NCBI GenBank assembly: GCA_011364905.1
Contig: RDNZ01000002.1
Coordinates: 1-64,000, forward strand
Reading direction: 5' to 3'
Origin: Candidatus Thorarchaeota archaeon
GTDB taxonomy: Archaea > Asgardarchaeota > Thorarchaeia > Thorarchaeales > Thorarchaeaceae
DNA: 64,000 bases
Shown: positions 39,874 to 49,912 of the stretch, in pieces
Layout: each line of letters opens with the position of its first letter
Position numbering within the stretch: position 1 is the first letter of the stretch
Notes under the pieces: generated by a model
The model's input: only the letters and a program-made list of their open reading frames with translations
Told to the model about the DNA's origin: nothing
Database searches by the model: none
Program-made: the position numbers and the translations under genes

Positions 39874-40629
39874 ATGGTTTCGGAGAGCGAGATTGCTGAG
39901 CTTGAACTCTTAACATCGCATTACTGGCCAGCTAGAGAGATTGTTACCTACAAGGGGTGGGTGATTCAGTGGAATGATGGTATCACATGGAGGGCTAATA
40001 GCGTACTACCAAATGAATGGGAAGGCACGGTTGAAGTTGAGAAAGTGGTCGATTATGTTATTGAAATGTACAAGGAAAAAAACACCCAGCCAGCTTTCAA
40101 GATGTCACCAGCGAGCCAACCTCTGGGGCTCGACGAGCTACTTGAAAAAAAAGCGTTTGCCAAGAGAATGGTCACTCACGTACAAACTGTGGCTATTCAA
40201 GAGCTGTCCTGTTTGGATCCGCATCTACCAGTCGACCTCTTTAAAGTTAACAGCGAGTCCCTGAATGTACTAATGCACCAATCAGAGCGAGAGAGAGAAG
40301 AGATTGAAGGAAGAAAGGGAATAATCAATCGTATTGAAGGAGCCAAAAACATCGCACGAGTTATGATGCACGGAAAAATCGCAGGTGTGGGACTTGGTGT
40401 TGTCCAAAAGGACTGGTTGGGCTTGTTCTCTATAAGGACAATGCCGGAGTTTAGAAGGCGAGGAGTGGCTTGGTCAGTAAACTGTGCACTAGCAAATTGG
40501 GGAGAAGACCTAGGTGCAAACAGAGCATTCCTTCAGGTGGAAGCTGAAAACAGACCCGCTTTGAATCTGTACAAAACAATGGGATTCGAAACACTCTATA
40601 CATATTGGTATAGAATCCTTGAAATCTAA
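39874..40629 (+). CDS. GNAT acetyltransferase
   Basis: RANSV, FRRRGVA, LQVEAENRPALNLY..MGF. Confidence 0.88.
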   Translation: MVSESEIAELELLTSHYWPAREIVTYKGWVIQWNDGITWRANSVLPNEWEGTVEVEKVVDYVIEMYKEKNTQPAFKMSPASQPLGLDELLEKKAFAKRMVTHVQTVAIQELSCLDPHLPVDLFKVNSESLNVLMHQSEREREEIEGRKGIINRIEGAKNIARVMMHGKIAGVGLGVVQKDWLGLFSIRTMPEFRRRGVAWSVNCALANWGEDLGANRAFLQVEAENRPALNLYKTMGFETLYTYWYRILEI

Positions 40630-40707
40630 TGTATTTCAGCATGGCGCTACTCATGGAATCCCCCTTGAAAGTGAGTGAGGTGCAATATCTGTTTCATGCA
40701 ATAGAGG

Positions 40708-42597
40708 TCAAATTGTGTCTAGGTCTCTTAGACCTGCAGACTGGAGTTTGGAGTCCACGCTGGCAAGTCCAAGCGTCGTGAGGGTTTCAGAAGTAGGTAC
40801 GCCGTTTTCATCCCATCCCACCGCTTGATAATACTCTGTCCGTGTCCTCTCAAAGGTCTCTCGATCCAGTGTCTTTCCCTCGAACGGTCCTGAGGGCATT
40901 GGCTCCCAGAATCGAGGCGGATTGTCATCGTCTATTTTAGGTCTCCAGAAGACATCAGGTCCACCGAGTAACAACATCGCACGCTGTATCTGAAGGATTC
41001 TTAGGGCCTTGTCATGATACCAGTCATCTGCAGACAGGTTTAGTCCTGTTATTGTCGTATAGAAACGAAATATCTCCTCATTGTCAACGCTCTTTGCAAA
41101 TGTGCAGTAGACTGCTGAATCATGCAGAATCGAGGCCAACTCACCACCTTCAAGTGGTGGATAGCGTGCTTGTGATCCATGGTCTCCTCCCTGAGTCGAA
41201 CAGGCATACCCGATGAGATGCGAGATAAAGTCCTTCTCACTTCTAATGCCGTGACCTCCGATGGCCATTCCCTTTTCCTGCACAACATACCTCATGAGGT
41301 CTAATCCCTTCATCTCTCCAATTCTCTTTGCAGCCCTATAGACTCCTTGCGCAAGAATATCTCCAATCCCTTTCCGATTGACTACAAGTTCCATCAGAGC
41401 CTCAAATGCTTCTGCATCGCCCCATTCAAGCTTGATTCCTTCGAGATCCTCTTCACTGAGTATCTCTCTCTGATACAACTCTGCTGCAAGTCCGAGAACC
41501 GCTCCTCCCTGGATTCCGCAGAGACCGCTTTCGTTTACGAGGCTTGCGAGATGAATGTTTGTTTCCGGATCAAAGACACCCAGATTTGTTCCATCGTATG
41601 ACTGTAATTCGTAGTCCGGATTGTCACAGATGTCTCCTGCATACTTGCCATCCTTGAGGACAGCCAGCTTTAAGCATGTCACAGGGCAGCCGAAGTCACC
41701 CCAGTACTTCTTTGCCCAGAATTTGTCAAACTCGTCCCCGCTGTATTCCTCGATGTCATGCCATTCTTCTTGCCAGTTCCTAATTGGTTCTGAACTCGTA
41801 CCTGCTCCAAAGTAGTAACCTCCGTTTCCGGTACCCCATCGTCTGAAGGTTTCTCTCTCATAGGCTGGTTCGGACATGGTATTGTACATGGAAGCCATCG
41901 CCTCTGAATCATGCACCTCCGGAAGAGGTCCAAAGCCCTTTGCTACAACAGCCTTCAGATTCTTGGACCCCATCACGCCACCGTAACCCCCATAGCCTGC
42001 GGCATGAGCATACTTAGAGAGAACAACAGCGACTCTGGTTGAATGTTCTCCTGCAGGACCGATATAGAGCATTGAGGGCTCTTTTATTTCGCCATAGTCT
42101 ACATGACTCACTTTTATTTCATCATTTGATTTCTTTGTGAGATATCGGACGGTTTCTCTACCCTGTTTGCCCCAGATTGGTGACGCATCCTTAATCTCCA
42201 CATGTTCATCAAACACGGTAATGTAGGAGGGTCTCTCTGCCATTCCTGAGATTATCAGACCATCAAAGCCCGCACACTTTAGATCCACTCCAAACTCACC
42301 AGCGAGAGTCGAACCTACGAGGCCATTGCACTGTGGAGACTTGCCTGTAACGCAGCTCTTTGTTCCAGGGAAGTAGCCTGTAAGTGGTCCTGTCAGCATC
42401 ATCAGGATGTTTTCAGGCCCAAGAGGATCTACGCTTTCCCATTTCTTTCCTAATCTGTCCCACAGTATCTTTGCAGCTAGTCCACGACCGCCCACAAAAT
42501 CGCTAAGGATTTTATCTGAGAGTTTTGTTTCTTCAATCTCTTCGGATGTGAGATCGATGTCCAAGAACTTGCCTGCGTAGCCTTTCATTGGTCCCAC
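40708..42597 (-). CDS. aor: Aldehyde:ferredoxin oxidoreductase (tungsten AOR family)
   Basis: GY.GKFL.IDL, GGRGL, GPLTG, KSP, IGPAGE, G.GGVMGSKNLKAV, EYY..GWDENGVP. Confidence 0.9.
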   Translation of the reverse strand: MGPMKGYAGKFLDIDLTSEEIEETKLSDKILSDFVGGRGLAAKILWDRLGKKWESVDPLGPENILMMLTGPLTGYFPGTKSCVTGKSPQCNGLVGSTLAGEFGVDLKCAGFDGLIISGMAERPSYITVFDEHVEIKDASPIWGKQGRETVRYLTKKSNDEIKVSHVDYGEIKEPSMLYIGPAGEHSTRVAVVLSKYAHAAGYGGYGGVMGSKNLKAVVAKGFGPLPEVHDSEAMASMYNTMSEPAYERETFRRWGTGNGGYYFGAGTSSEPIRNWQEEWHDIEEYSGDEFDKFWAKKYWGDFGCPVTCLKLAVLKDGKYAGDICDNPDYELQSYDGTNLGVFDPETNIHLASLVNESGLCGIQGGAVLGLAAELYQREILSEEDLEGIKLEWGDAEAFEALMELVVNRKGIGDILAQGVYRAAKRIGEMKGLDLMRYVVQEKGMAIGGHGIRSEKDFISHLIGYACSTQGGDHGSQARYPPLEGGELASILHDSAVYCTFAKSVDNEEIFRFYTTITGLNLSADDWYHDKALRILQIQRAMLLLGGPDVFWRPKIDDDNPPRFWEPMPSGPFEGKTLDRETFERTRTEYYQAVGWDENGVPTSETLTTLGLASVDSKLQSAGLRDLDTI

Positions 42598-43133
42598 ACC
42601 TCTCTCAAAGTCTTCTCTCCAAGTATAGTGCCACCTGTTGTCCGCGTCAAGGACTGAGGAGTTTCTGGCAATGGCTTTTTGATTCCATCTTCACCAAGAG
42701 AGAGAGCATTCCAATTTCCCTCTTGGCACACTCTTACACACTCCGGATCTCCACCGCACAGGTCGCAAATCACAACATGACCTTCACTAGGATGCATATG
42801 CGGGATTCGACCAGGACAAGCATCGATGCAGATGCCACATGCAGTACATAGTGACTCATCCACTCTGATGCCGCCAATCTGTTCGTCAACTGAAATGGCA
42901 CCCTCGGGGCATGCTTCAACACACTCAGGATTGTCACACTGGAAACACAGATGGGGAATCTCGATACCTGGGATTAGCATGAATACCCGCACTCGCGATG
43001 CCTCAGGCCAGATTTGTTTTTCATGGAATAATGAGCATGCCACTTCACATCTTCTGCATCCGCTGCACAATTCATAAACCCGATTAATCCAGACGTTGCG
43101 GTTTTGGCTCATACACATTCCGTTCCTGTGCAT
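42585..43133 (-). CDS. 4Fe-4S dicluster electron-transfer subunit (AOR partner)
   Basis: CSGCRRCEVAC, CFQC...C...CP, CTACGICIDACP, CDLC....C...C; start probably MSQN at 43112. Confidence 0.92.
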   Translation of the reverse strand: MHRNGMCMSQNRNVWINRVYELCSGCRRCEVACSLFHEKQIWPEASRVRVFMLIPGIEIPHLCFQCDNPECVEACPEGAISVDEQIGGIRVDESLCTACGICIDACPGRIPHMHPSEGHVVICDLCGGDPECVRVCQEGNWNALSLGEDGIKKPLPETPQSLTRTTGGTILGEKTLREVWDQ

Positions 43134-43379
43134 TGTATAGATTCAACGTTACTTGCTTTGCCTATTCGGTTTTCGGTATCGCAGAATACTAGATTCGTTA
43201 TTGCATGCCAGTTGTCATCAACAATCAAATGGCCGTGCATGATTCCGCCGACTGCATGACTCTACAGACAATCATCAACAGAAATCCCAATATTTCCTCC
43301 AAAAAAGTAAACGATGCCTCTTTGCGTAAGTAGAATTAGTCATATGGTGGTAATATTGAGCTCACAGAGGTTTTGACAA

Positions 43380-44804
43380 ATGTTAGATGAATTGCAGAAA
43401 TGCGTCCGCATAGGCGAAGATCTCGGTGCAGATTTCGTCGAGGCAAGATATGATGATCTCACCTTGAGAGCCTTGCAACGAGTCAACGATATCTGGCAAG
43501 ATATTCAGGTTAAGTCCCGGATGGGTTTTGGAATCAATGTGTATGTGGATGGTGTTTCGGGATTCTCATTCACAGCCAGTAAAGAGATGAGCGATGTCCG
43601 TGTGGCGGTTGAAAAAGCATACAAATTGGCCAAAGCATCATCAAAGTCAGCCAAATTCAAGCTGCCTTTTGATGAAGCCCCGGCTGTGACCAGCAAGAAG
43701 TCTGACACACCAACAGTCAAAACTCACCCTCGCGATAGAGAGTTAGATTACAAGATTGACCTCGTCAATCGTGCAATAGAGTCCGCAAGAGATGCGGGTG
43801 AGAATATTAGAACTGTTCGTGGTCTGTGGGGAGAATTGTATGGACCAAAGATGTTAGCAAACAGTGATGGAACCAATGTCAATTGGGAGTTCCTTGTATC
43901 AGACCTGCGAATACTCGTGAATTCCAAAACTGATGCAGGTGCCCTAGTTGTTGGTGCAGAAAGCCATGGTGGTACGTTTGGTCTGGAAGAATATGAGAAA
44001 GATGAGTATACCCCTGAAAAGATGGGAGAAACAGCTGGACTAAATGCAAAGGAACAGCTCAAAGCGAAAGCATGCCCAGCTGGAAAATTCCGCGCGCTGG
44101 CTGAAGAAACCTTGGTTGGAGTTCTTGCTCATGAGTCTTTTGGCCACCTTAGTGAAGCGGATTTTGTAGTCACTGGTGGTTCTCCACTAACTGACAAGAT
44201 TGGTCATACTCTTGGTTCAGAGCATGCGTCGATTGTTGATGGTGGTATCCCTGATATCAAAAAACATGGTGGACTCTGGTTACCTTATGACGATCAGGGA
44301 ATAGCAACTAGGCAAACTACTGTGTTGGATAAAGGAGTGCTTCAACATTATCTACACAACCGAGGTACAGCAAAGAAGCTGCAGCAGCAACCAACAGGAA
44401 ATGCAAGAGCGGTAAGTTTTGTGTTTCCACCAATTCCACGTATGACAAACACGTATTTCCTACCTGGAGACCTAACCAAAGAAGAGGCAATTGAACAGCT
44501 TGGAACCGGAATCTATGCCATCCAAACATCAGGTGGCCAAGTCGAAGACGATGGTAGTTTTGTGTTCATTGCAGTCCGAGGTTACTGGGTGGAAAATGGT
44601 GAAATTCAGTATCCGATTCGCGAAGTGGCTCTATCTGGAAATATCCTGGATTTGCTGTCCAAGGTAGAAGGAGGTACTAAAAACTTGAAACTGATATCAG
44701 GCTATTTTGGGGGATGCGGAAAGGGTGACCAACAACGTCTGCCCGTTGGAATGGGAGGGCCAGAGTTGCTCATTAATGAAGTCACATTTGGAGGCAAAGC
44801 ATAG
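43380..44804 (+). CDS. tldD: TldD metalloprotease subunit
   Basis: HESFGH..EAD, YDDQG, TGNAR, PRMTNT, GCGK. Confidence 0.9.
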   Translation: MLDELQKCVRIGEDLGADFVEARYDDLTLRALQRVNDIWQDIQVKSRMGFGINVYVDGVSGFSFTASKEMSDVRVAVEKAYKLAKASSKSAKFKLPFDEAPAVTSKKSDTPTVKTHPRDRELDYKIDLVNRAIESARDAGENIRTVRGLWGELYGPKMLANSDGTNVNWEFLVSDLRILVNSKTDAGALVVGAESHGGTFGLEEYEKDEYTPEKMGETAGLNAKEQLKAKACPAGKFRALAEETLVGVLAHESFGHLSEADFVVTGGSPLTDKIGHTLGSEHASIVDGGIPDIKKHGGLWLPYDDQGIATRQTTVLDKGVLQHYLHNRGTAKKLQQQPTGNARAVSFVFPPIPRMTNTYFLPGDLTKEEAIEQLGTGIYAIQTSGGQVEDDGSFVFIAVRGYWVENGEIQYPIREVALSGNILDLLSKVEGGTKNLKLISGYFGGCGKGDQQRLPVGMGGPELLINEVTFGGKA

Positions 44805-44823
44805 ACCAAGGAGGTGAAGGATT

Positions 44824-46218
44824 ATGGAGTTTGAGAATCTGAAAGATGAACTGCTCTCTGTCGTGGACACTGGACTCAAATATGTAAAAACGCTAGATGC
44901 GGCTGCTGAGTTTGAGATCTTTGTTTACTATCAGAATAATAACATAGCAAGAATAGCCCAGGGGATTATTACGGCTAAAGATGGTGCAACCGCAGGAACT
45001 GCAGTTCGAGCTGCCAAAGGAAAAAGTATTGGTTTTGCGGTGGCTAGTGGTGTTTCCATTGAGAGAATAAAACTTGCAGGAAGAGAGGCATTGGCAATTA
45101 TCAATGGTGTCAGTGTGCAAGATGAGAGATTTCAGGGATTTCCTGACCCTAAAGGTTCGGGAAAAGAAGGAGCATTTCCAGAAGAAGTACTCACCCTTGA
45201 AACGGAGGACATGATCAAATCCTGCGAGGAGCAAATCAAGGAGGCGAGGGCAGTGGATGAAAGAGTCAAAGTGGTTACGGCAGAAGCCTTTGCATCTTGG
45301 AAAGGGTACGCTGTTGGAAACACCAGAGGAATTCTGCAGGCAACGAGAAGTGGTGAAAGTCGCTGCCAAACAGAAGTGCAAGCAATCGAGAATGAAGAGA
45401 GGAGAGGTTCATTTCAATTCGACATTTCTAGAGAACGATTGTTCAATCCGGAGGGAGTTGGAAAGAAAGCGGCTGAAGCAGCCGTGAGTCTTTTGGGAGC
45501 GAAGAAACTCGACTTAACAAGTAGGATGCCGACAATTTGGACACCTGTACCAGCAGGTTTGTTCATACTCTCAAGTCTTGGCTATTCAGTAACCGGTGAT
45601 TTCGTTGTTGATGGTAGATCTCCTCTTTGCGATAAAATTGGTGACACAATTGCTGCTAAGAATTTCTCGCTTAGGGACAACGGTCAAAGTAAGGCGGGCC
45701 TTGGTACAGAGTCTATCGATGCTGAAGGTCTTCCTCAAAGCGACAATATTGTGATCCAAAAGGGGATTCTGAGGAATTATCTTTTTGACAATTACTTTGG
45801 TAAAGCATACGGTCTTGAGTCAACCGGAAACTGCTCGCGTGGCGCAGACATTTTCCCATCGTCAACGCCGTATGAATCAAAACCTACTGTTTACACAAAG
45901 TGGTTGGAAGTGGCCTCTGGAAAGAGGAACGAAGAAGACATCATTGCTTCAATCGATGAAAAAGCGATTCTCATCAGAGACTTTCCGATGGGGATTATTC
46001 ATTCCAATATATCGACAGGTGAGTTTTCCTGCGTTGCAGGTTCCGCCTACCTCGTTGAGCATGGAGAGTTAAAAGGATCAGTCCAACCAGTCTCAGTCGC
46101 AGGAGATTACTACGAAGGTTACAGGAATCTCAGAGAAGTAGGAAACAATAACCAGTTTCTAAGATTTGGGATTGATGTCCCAACACTGCTCTTTGATGAC
46201 TTCTCCGTCGTAGGGTAG
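44824..46218 (+). CDS. pmbA: PmbA/TldE family subunit
   Basis: DAEG, STGN, TGEFS; no HExxH; adjacent to tldD. Confidence 0.85.
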   Translation: MEFENLKDELLSVVDTGLKYVKTLDAAAEFEIFVYYQNNNIARIAQGIITAKDGATAGTAVRAAKGKSIGFAVASGVSIERIKLAGREALAIINGVSVQDERFQGFPDPKGSGKEGAFPEEVLTLETEDMIKSCEEQIKEARAVDERVKVVTAEAFASWKGYAVGNTRGILQATRSGESRCQTEVQAIENEERRGSFQFDISRERLFNPEGVGKKAAEAAVSLLGAKKLDLTSRMPTIWTPVPAGLFILSSLGYSVTGDFVVDGRSPLCDKIGDTIAAKNFSLRDNGQSKAGLGTESIDAEGLPQSDNIVIQKGILRNYLFDNYFGKAYGLESTGNCSRGADIFPSSTPYESKPTVYTKWLEVASGKRNEEDIIASIDEKAILIRDFPMGIIHSNISTGEFSCVAGSAYLVEHGELKGSVQPVSVAGDYYEGYRNLREVGNNNQFLRFGIDVPTLLFDDFSVVG

Positions 46219-46326
46219 GGAAGGTATGGCTGGAGATTTGGGAAGGCATTTCCAGCTCCTCTTTTCCCATAGATAGCGCTGAACCTATTCCTAATATAGT
46301 AAGAATAGGACCATGTTTCGATTGCC

Positions 46327-47409
46327 ATGAATTGGAGATTCATCCTAGTCACGACCATTTTGGTATTCTCTTTTGCCTCCTCAAATCCAGTGCGAGTGGC
46401 AGCATTGGATGTTCCCGACACATCAGACGTTAGCGTTCTGATTCTAGTAGGAAACTACTTCGGATGGAACTATTTCGATGCAAAAGAGTGTCTTGAGTCA
46501 TGGGGAGTCAATGTTACAACCGTTGCATATTCACTGGACTATGAAGTCAACTCATGCCTTAATCGAGAACCTAGACCGATAACGGTAGATTTGTTATTGT
46601 CTGAGATGACACCTGAAATTCTCATTCAATTCGACTGCCTTCTAGTTACATCAGGGGGACAATGGCTCGCACTCACTCAGAGTGAAGATGTATTGGATTT
46701 CATCTCAGATGCATTTGACCTAGGTCTAGTGGTCGCCTCAATCTGTACCGGCACACGAGTAGTTGCAGAGGCGAACAATATTGTAAACGGGAGCAGAGTA
46801 ACCTATTACTCACTCAGTGATCCACAAATGACAGCAGCTGGAGCAATCACTATCCTAGGAGCCGAGGCGGTTGCGGATGGTTCGATGATAACTGGCGGGA
46901 GAGGAGGTGGGACCGGAGGTGGTGGGTGGTTAGAAGCTCCGACCTCAGAAGTTTGCGCAGAAATTGTGCGGAATGTTCTTGGAATGTCAAGAGTGAATGA
47001 AGTTTCAGTGACTCCCTCAAGCGGACCCGTTGGAACGAACTTCACGATTCTGGCATCGATAGGCAATTTGAATGAATCTTTGGGAGAAATACTATCAACA
47101 GACATCAACAAGGTGATAGCGCAGATCTATGTTTTTGATAACAGGACTTTGTTAGACACCATAGAACTCAGTGATGATGACTTCGATGGAAATTACACGG
47201 GCAGTTTTGTAGGCTTTCAAAACGGCCAATATAGGGTTGACATTGAGGTCGAAGATTCAAATGAAACAATTGAAGTCGCTAGGGAGCTCGGTACATTTGA
47301 GATTGAAACTGAAACTATTGAACCCCTGGACATTGTTGTAATTTCTGCTGTGAGTGTAGGGAGCGTTATTATTGCTCTGCTAGTGATTGCGCTATTCAGA
47401 AAGAAGTGA
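46327..47409 (+). CDS. Secreted, membrane-anchored DJ-1/PfpI-like protein with an Ig-like domain
   Basis: Signal peptide, FD.LLVTSGG, ASICTG nucleophile elbow, ADGSMITG, DGNYTG, C-terminal TM+RKK. Confidence 0.8.
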   Translation: MNWRFILVTTILVFSFASSNPVRVAALDVPDTSDVSVLILVGNYFGWNYFDAKECLESWGVNVTTVAYSLDYEVNSCLNREPRPITVDLLLSEMTPEILIQFDCLLVTSGGQWLALTQSEDVLDFISDAFDLGLVVASICTGTRVVAEANNIVNGSRVTYYSLSDPQMTAAGAITILGAEAVADGSMITGGRGGGTGGGGWLEAPTSEVCAEIVRNVLGMSRVNEVSVTPSSGPVGTNFTILASIGNLNESLGEILSTDINKVIAQIYVFDNRTLLDTIELSDDDFDGNYTGSFVGFQNGQYRVDIEVEDSNETIEVARELGTFEIETETIEPLDIVVISAVSVGSVIIALLVIALFRKK

Positions 47410-47421
47410 TGTATTAAACTA

Positions 47422-48195
47422 CTACTGAGCTTTCAGATAGTACGCGTCCCAGTAATCAGGTTCCACATACCCAAGTTTAAGAGCGAGATGTAACGATGCT
47501 TGATTCTCCGCATCCCAATGAGGAGTTATCCCGTGCTCGAGGGCATAGACGAGAAGAGCGGCGGACGCAACAGTGGCAAGTCCCTTTCTGCGGTGTTGTT
47601 CATCAAAGGTGTCGATCTCCACTTCAAACATATCTGTAAAGGGGGTATATGTTGATGCTATTGAAACAACCTTGCCTTTAAATTTGATACAAAATGCCAG
47701 ACCCATTTTGTAGAAATCCTCGGAACTGCCAAAAAAATTGAGAATGTACATTGACTTGCGCTTGTCGAGTTTCTTAATGGTTTCAAGATCCATGCTTTCC
47801 AGTGTGTAACCCGGTGGCAACTGCGATTTTAAGTGCTTCAGATGATTAATATCTAGTAACTTAGGAGAGAGCTTTATTCGTTGTAGGACACCGAGTCGCT
47901 CACCCCATTCCTCCTTGATAATTTGAGCCCAACTGGAATCAGGTGTAAATACAGCTTGCATTGGTTCAATAGAGCGGATGATTTCTTTTGCATCAGGACT
48001 CGAACTGTCGCCAGCGACTGCGTTAATCGGTGCTAAATGAAGGCATGCAACGGTTGGTGTTTCCAATGAGTTTGAAACCACAGTACCTCGGCCTTGATCA
48101 AGAGCCGGAAAAATGATGGCTCGCGCTCTCCTATAAGTTTCAAAAAGAGGACGAACAATCGCATGGTTCTCTTTAGGCAGCTCAATTATCATCAA
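47422..48195 (-). CDS. GNAT acetyltransferase
   Basis: EVEIDT..HRRKGLA, PHWDAEN.AS..LA.KLGY. Confidence 0.88.
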   Translation of the reverse strand: MMIIELPKENHAIVRPLFETYRRARAIIFPALDQGRGTVVSNSLETPTVACLHLAPINAVAGDSSSPDAKEIIRSIEPMQAVFTPDSSWAQIIKEEWGERLGVLQRIKLSPKLLDINHLKHLKSQLPPGYTLESMDLETIKKLDKRKSMYILNFFGSSEDFYKMGLAFCIKFKGKVVSIASTYTPFTDMFEVEIDTFDEQHRRKGLATVASAALLVYALEHGITPHWDAENQASLHLALKLGYVEPDYWDAYYLKAQ

Positions 48196-48285
48196 CAGTG
48201 ACCTTCGACTGGATGTAGCTAGGCCTGCGAATTAACTTTACCAATCACGTAAAGTCTGCATTATGAAACATTATCGTTCTATTCA

Positions 48286-48933
48286 CTAACTTCTGTATTT
48301 TCGTACTTCGCTCTCAGTGACACGAAGCGTTAGAAGAAGGAAGTCTTGTCCATATGTTCGCAGTATCAAACCTATTTCACCAAGTAAATCAGGTAATTCA
48401 GTCCGCACATACTCAAATAGTGCTTCTTCAGATTCCTTGAGGGCGTCCAGCATATTGGCAACATAAGCATGAACTGCTTTCTTACTGATTTTGCCAGTTT
48501 CCTTTAGCATCCACTTTTCCAGAGCTGCCTGTATCTCTTGGCTGATTTTATCTGTGTCTTCAACAACCTCAGTGGTGACTTTTGAACGAATCTTCTTGCC
48601 AAATTCAGGTTTTGCTCTTAAACTGCCCAACGCAAGTCGCATCTCATCGAGAGGTTTGTGCGGACGGATCTCTTCCCCAATGCTTTTGTCAACGAGAAGG
48701 CGGCGATAGGCACGTTTTCCATGGAGTTTTAGAGATGAAACATATCCCTTTGCTTCCATGTCTCGCAGATAGTTTCTGAATGTCTCCTCAGTAACCAGAG
48801 AACGTGACGCAGATAGACGGATGTACCTCTGGTAAAGAGAATCTTCCAGCTCAAGAACAGCCCACCCAAATGAGCGCATTATATCTAACTCAAGAGATGT
48901 GGGACTATCAGTCTCGCCTCCGCTCTCAGACAA
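48286..48933 (-). CDS. Hypothetical protein with a possible N-terminal winged helix
   Basis: EETFRNYLRDMEAKGYVSS..GKRAYRR; TTG start at 48933 after GAGGT removes the overlap with the divergent gene. Confidence 0.6.
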   Translation of the reverse strand: MSESGGETDSPTSLELDIMRSFGWAVLELEDSLYQRYIRLSASRSLVTEETFRNYLRDMEAKGYVSSLKLHGKRAYRRLLVDKSIGEEIRPHKPLDEMRLALGSLRAKPEFGKKIRSKVTTEVVEDTDKISQEIQAALEKWMLKETGKISKKAVHAYVANMLDALKESEEALFEYVRTELPDLLGEIGLILRTYGQDFLLLTLRVTESEVRKYRS

Positions 48934-49049
48934 CGTAATACCTCTATAATACAGGGGAAATATCAATAGTTCGTCTAATAAATGTTCTAATAATTCTCCC
49001 TTTGGAATAGCGTAAACCAGAAGTAGGTCTTGTGCTTTCACATCACTTG

Positions 49050-49853
49050 ATGGAGATTAACACAGAGTCGATTTACGATCTGCTTGCATCCGGTAATCAC
49101 CTAGGTCTGAGTTCTACTATCGAAGAAGCTCTAATAGGGAATTCTCAATCCGAGACAGATTGGGATGAGATAATATCTGTTCTTCAGAAAGGATGTCAGG
49201 AGATCTATCAGAAGCATTGGCTGAAGATACATCATATTGTGCTCTCGATTTTCGGGGTACCAGAACTCCGTGGCGTTGATTGCTCTCTTTTCAAGGAACT
49301 CCATTCAATTGGGCAACCAGAAGATATGGAACAAGCGTCAGATAACCTCTTTTCAATCTTGATTGAAACAACAAAGAAGCAGTTGCAGAGTGGGGGATCA
49401 ACACTCTTCTTCAATGTTGATGGAATTTCCTCAACCAGGTCTGCAATCATTGTTTCAGAATTGGTCCAAGCGCGATTTCGCGAAGCTGTTTTTGTGTTGG
49501 AGGAAATTGACAAACTTTTGCCTAATTTAACAAAAGAATGGGTAAATGTGTCTCGTCTTTGGAGAACTGGGTATGGATATCGTATTCTGAAATCAAGAAG
49601 TCTAAGTACAATCATTCATATCAAAGAATACGCTAGAATTCGAAAGCTACTCCTAGATGAATTAGATATCGATTCTGATAGAATTAGTGCTGTTGGGAAC
49701 AAATTAAGAGAGAAGAACAACTCAACCTACTTGAATCTCTCAAAAACCCTAGATGAATTCGTTGCGGGTTTGATAGCATCTCATGGTATTCGTGGCACAT
49801 TTGAACCACACTATAGGGATTGGATTGATCATGAGGGTTTGGATGAATTCTGA
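49050..49853 (+). CDS. Hypothetical helical protein
   Basis: Long ORF, ATG at 49050; no motif recognised. Confidence 0.65.
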   Translation: MEINTESIYDLLASGNHLGLSSTIEEALIGNSQSETDWDEIISVLQKGCQEIYQKHWLKIHHIVLSIFGVPELRGVDCSLFKELHSIGQPEDMEQASDNLFSILIETTKKQLQSGGSTLFFNVDGISSTRSAIIVSELVQARFREAVFVLEEIDKLLPNLTKEWVNVSRLWRTGYGYRILKSRSLSTIIHIKEYARIRKLLLDELDIDSDRISAVGNKLREKNNSTYLNLSKTLDEFVAGLIASHGIRGTFEPHYRDWIDHEGLDEF

Positions 49854-49912
49854 CCAGCCCAAACATTGCCCGAATCAACACTGAGTCTATCAACTTCTGC
49901 AGTTAGTCGAAA

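Noticed and set aside
48934-49049. Head-to-head overlap of ORFs 48286-49041 and 49032-49853
   Set aside because: Disappears with the better-supported starts at 48933 and 49050
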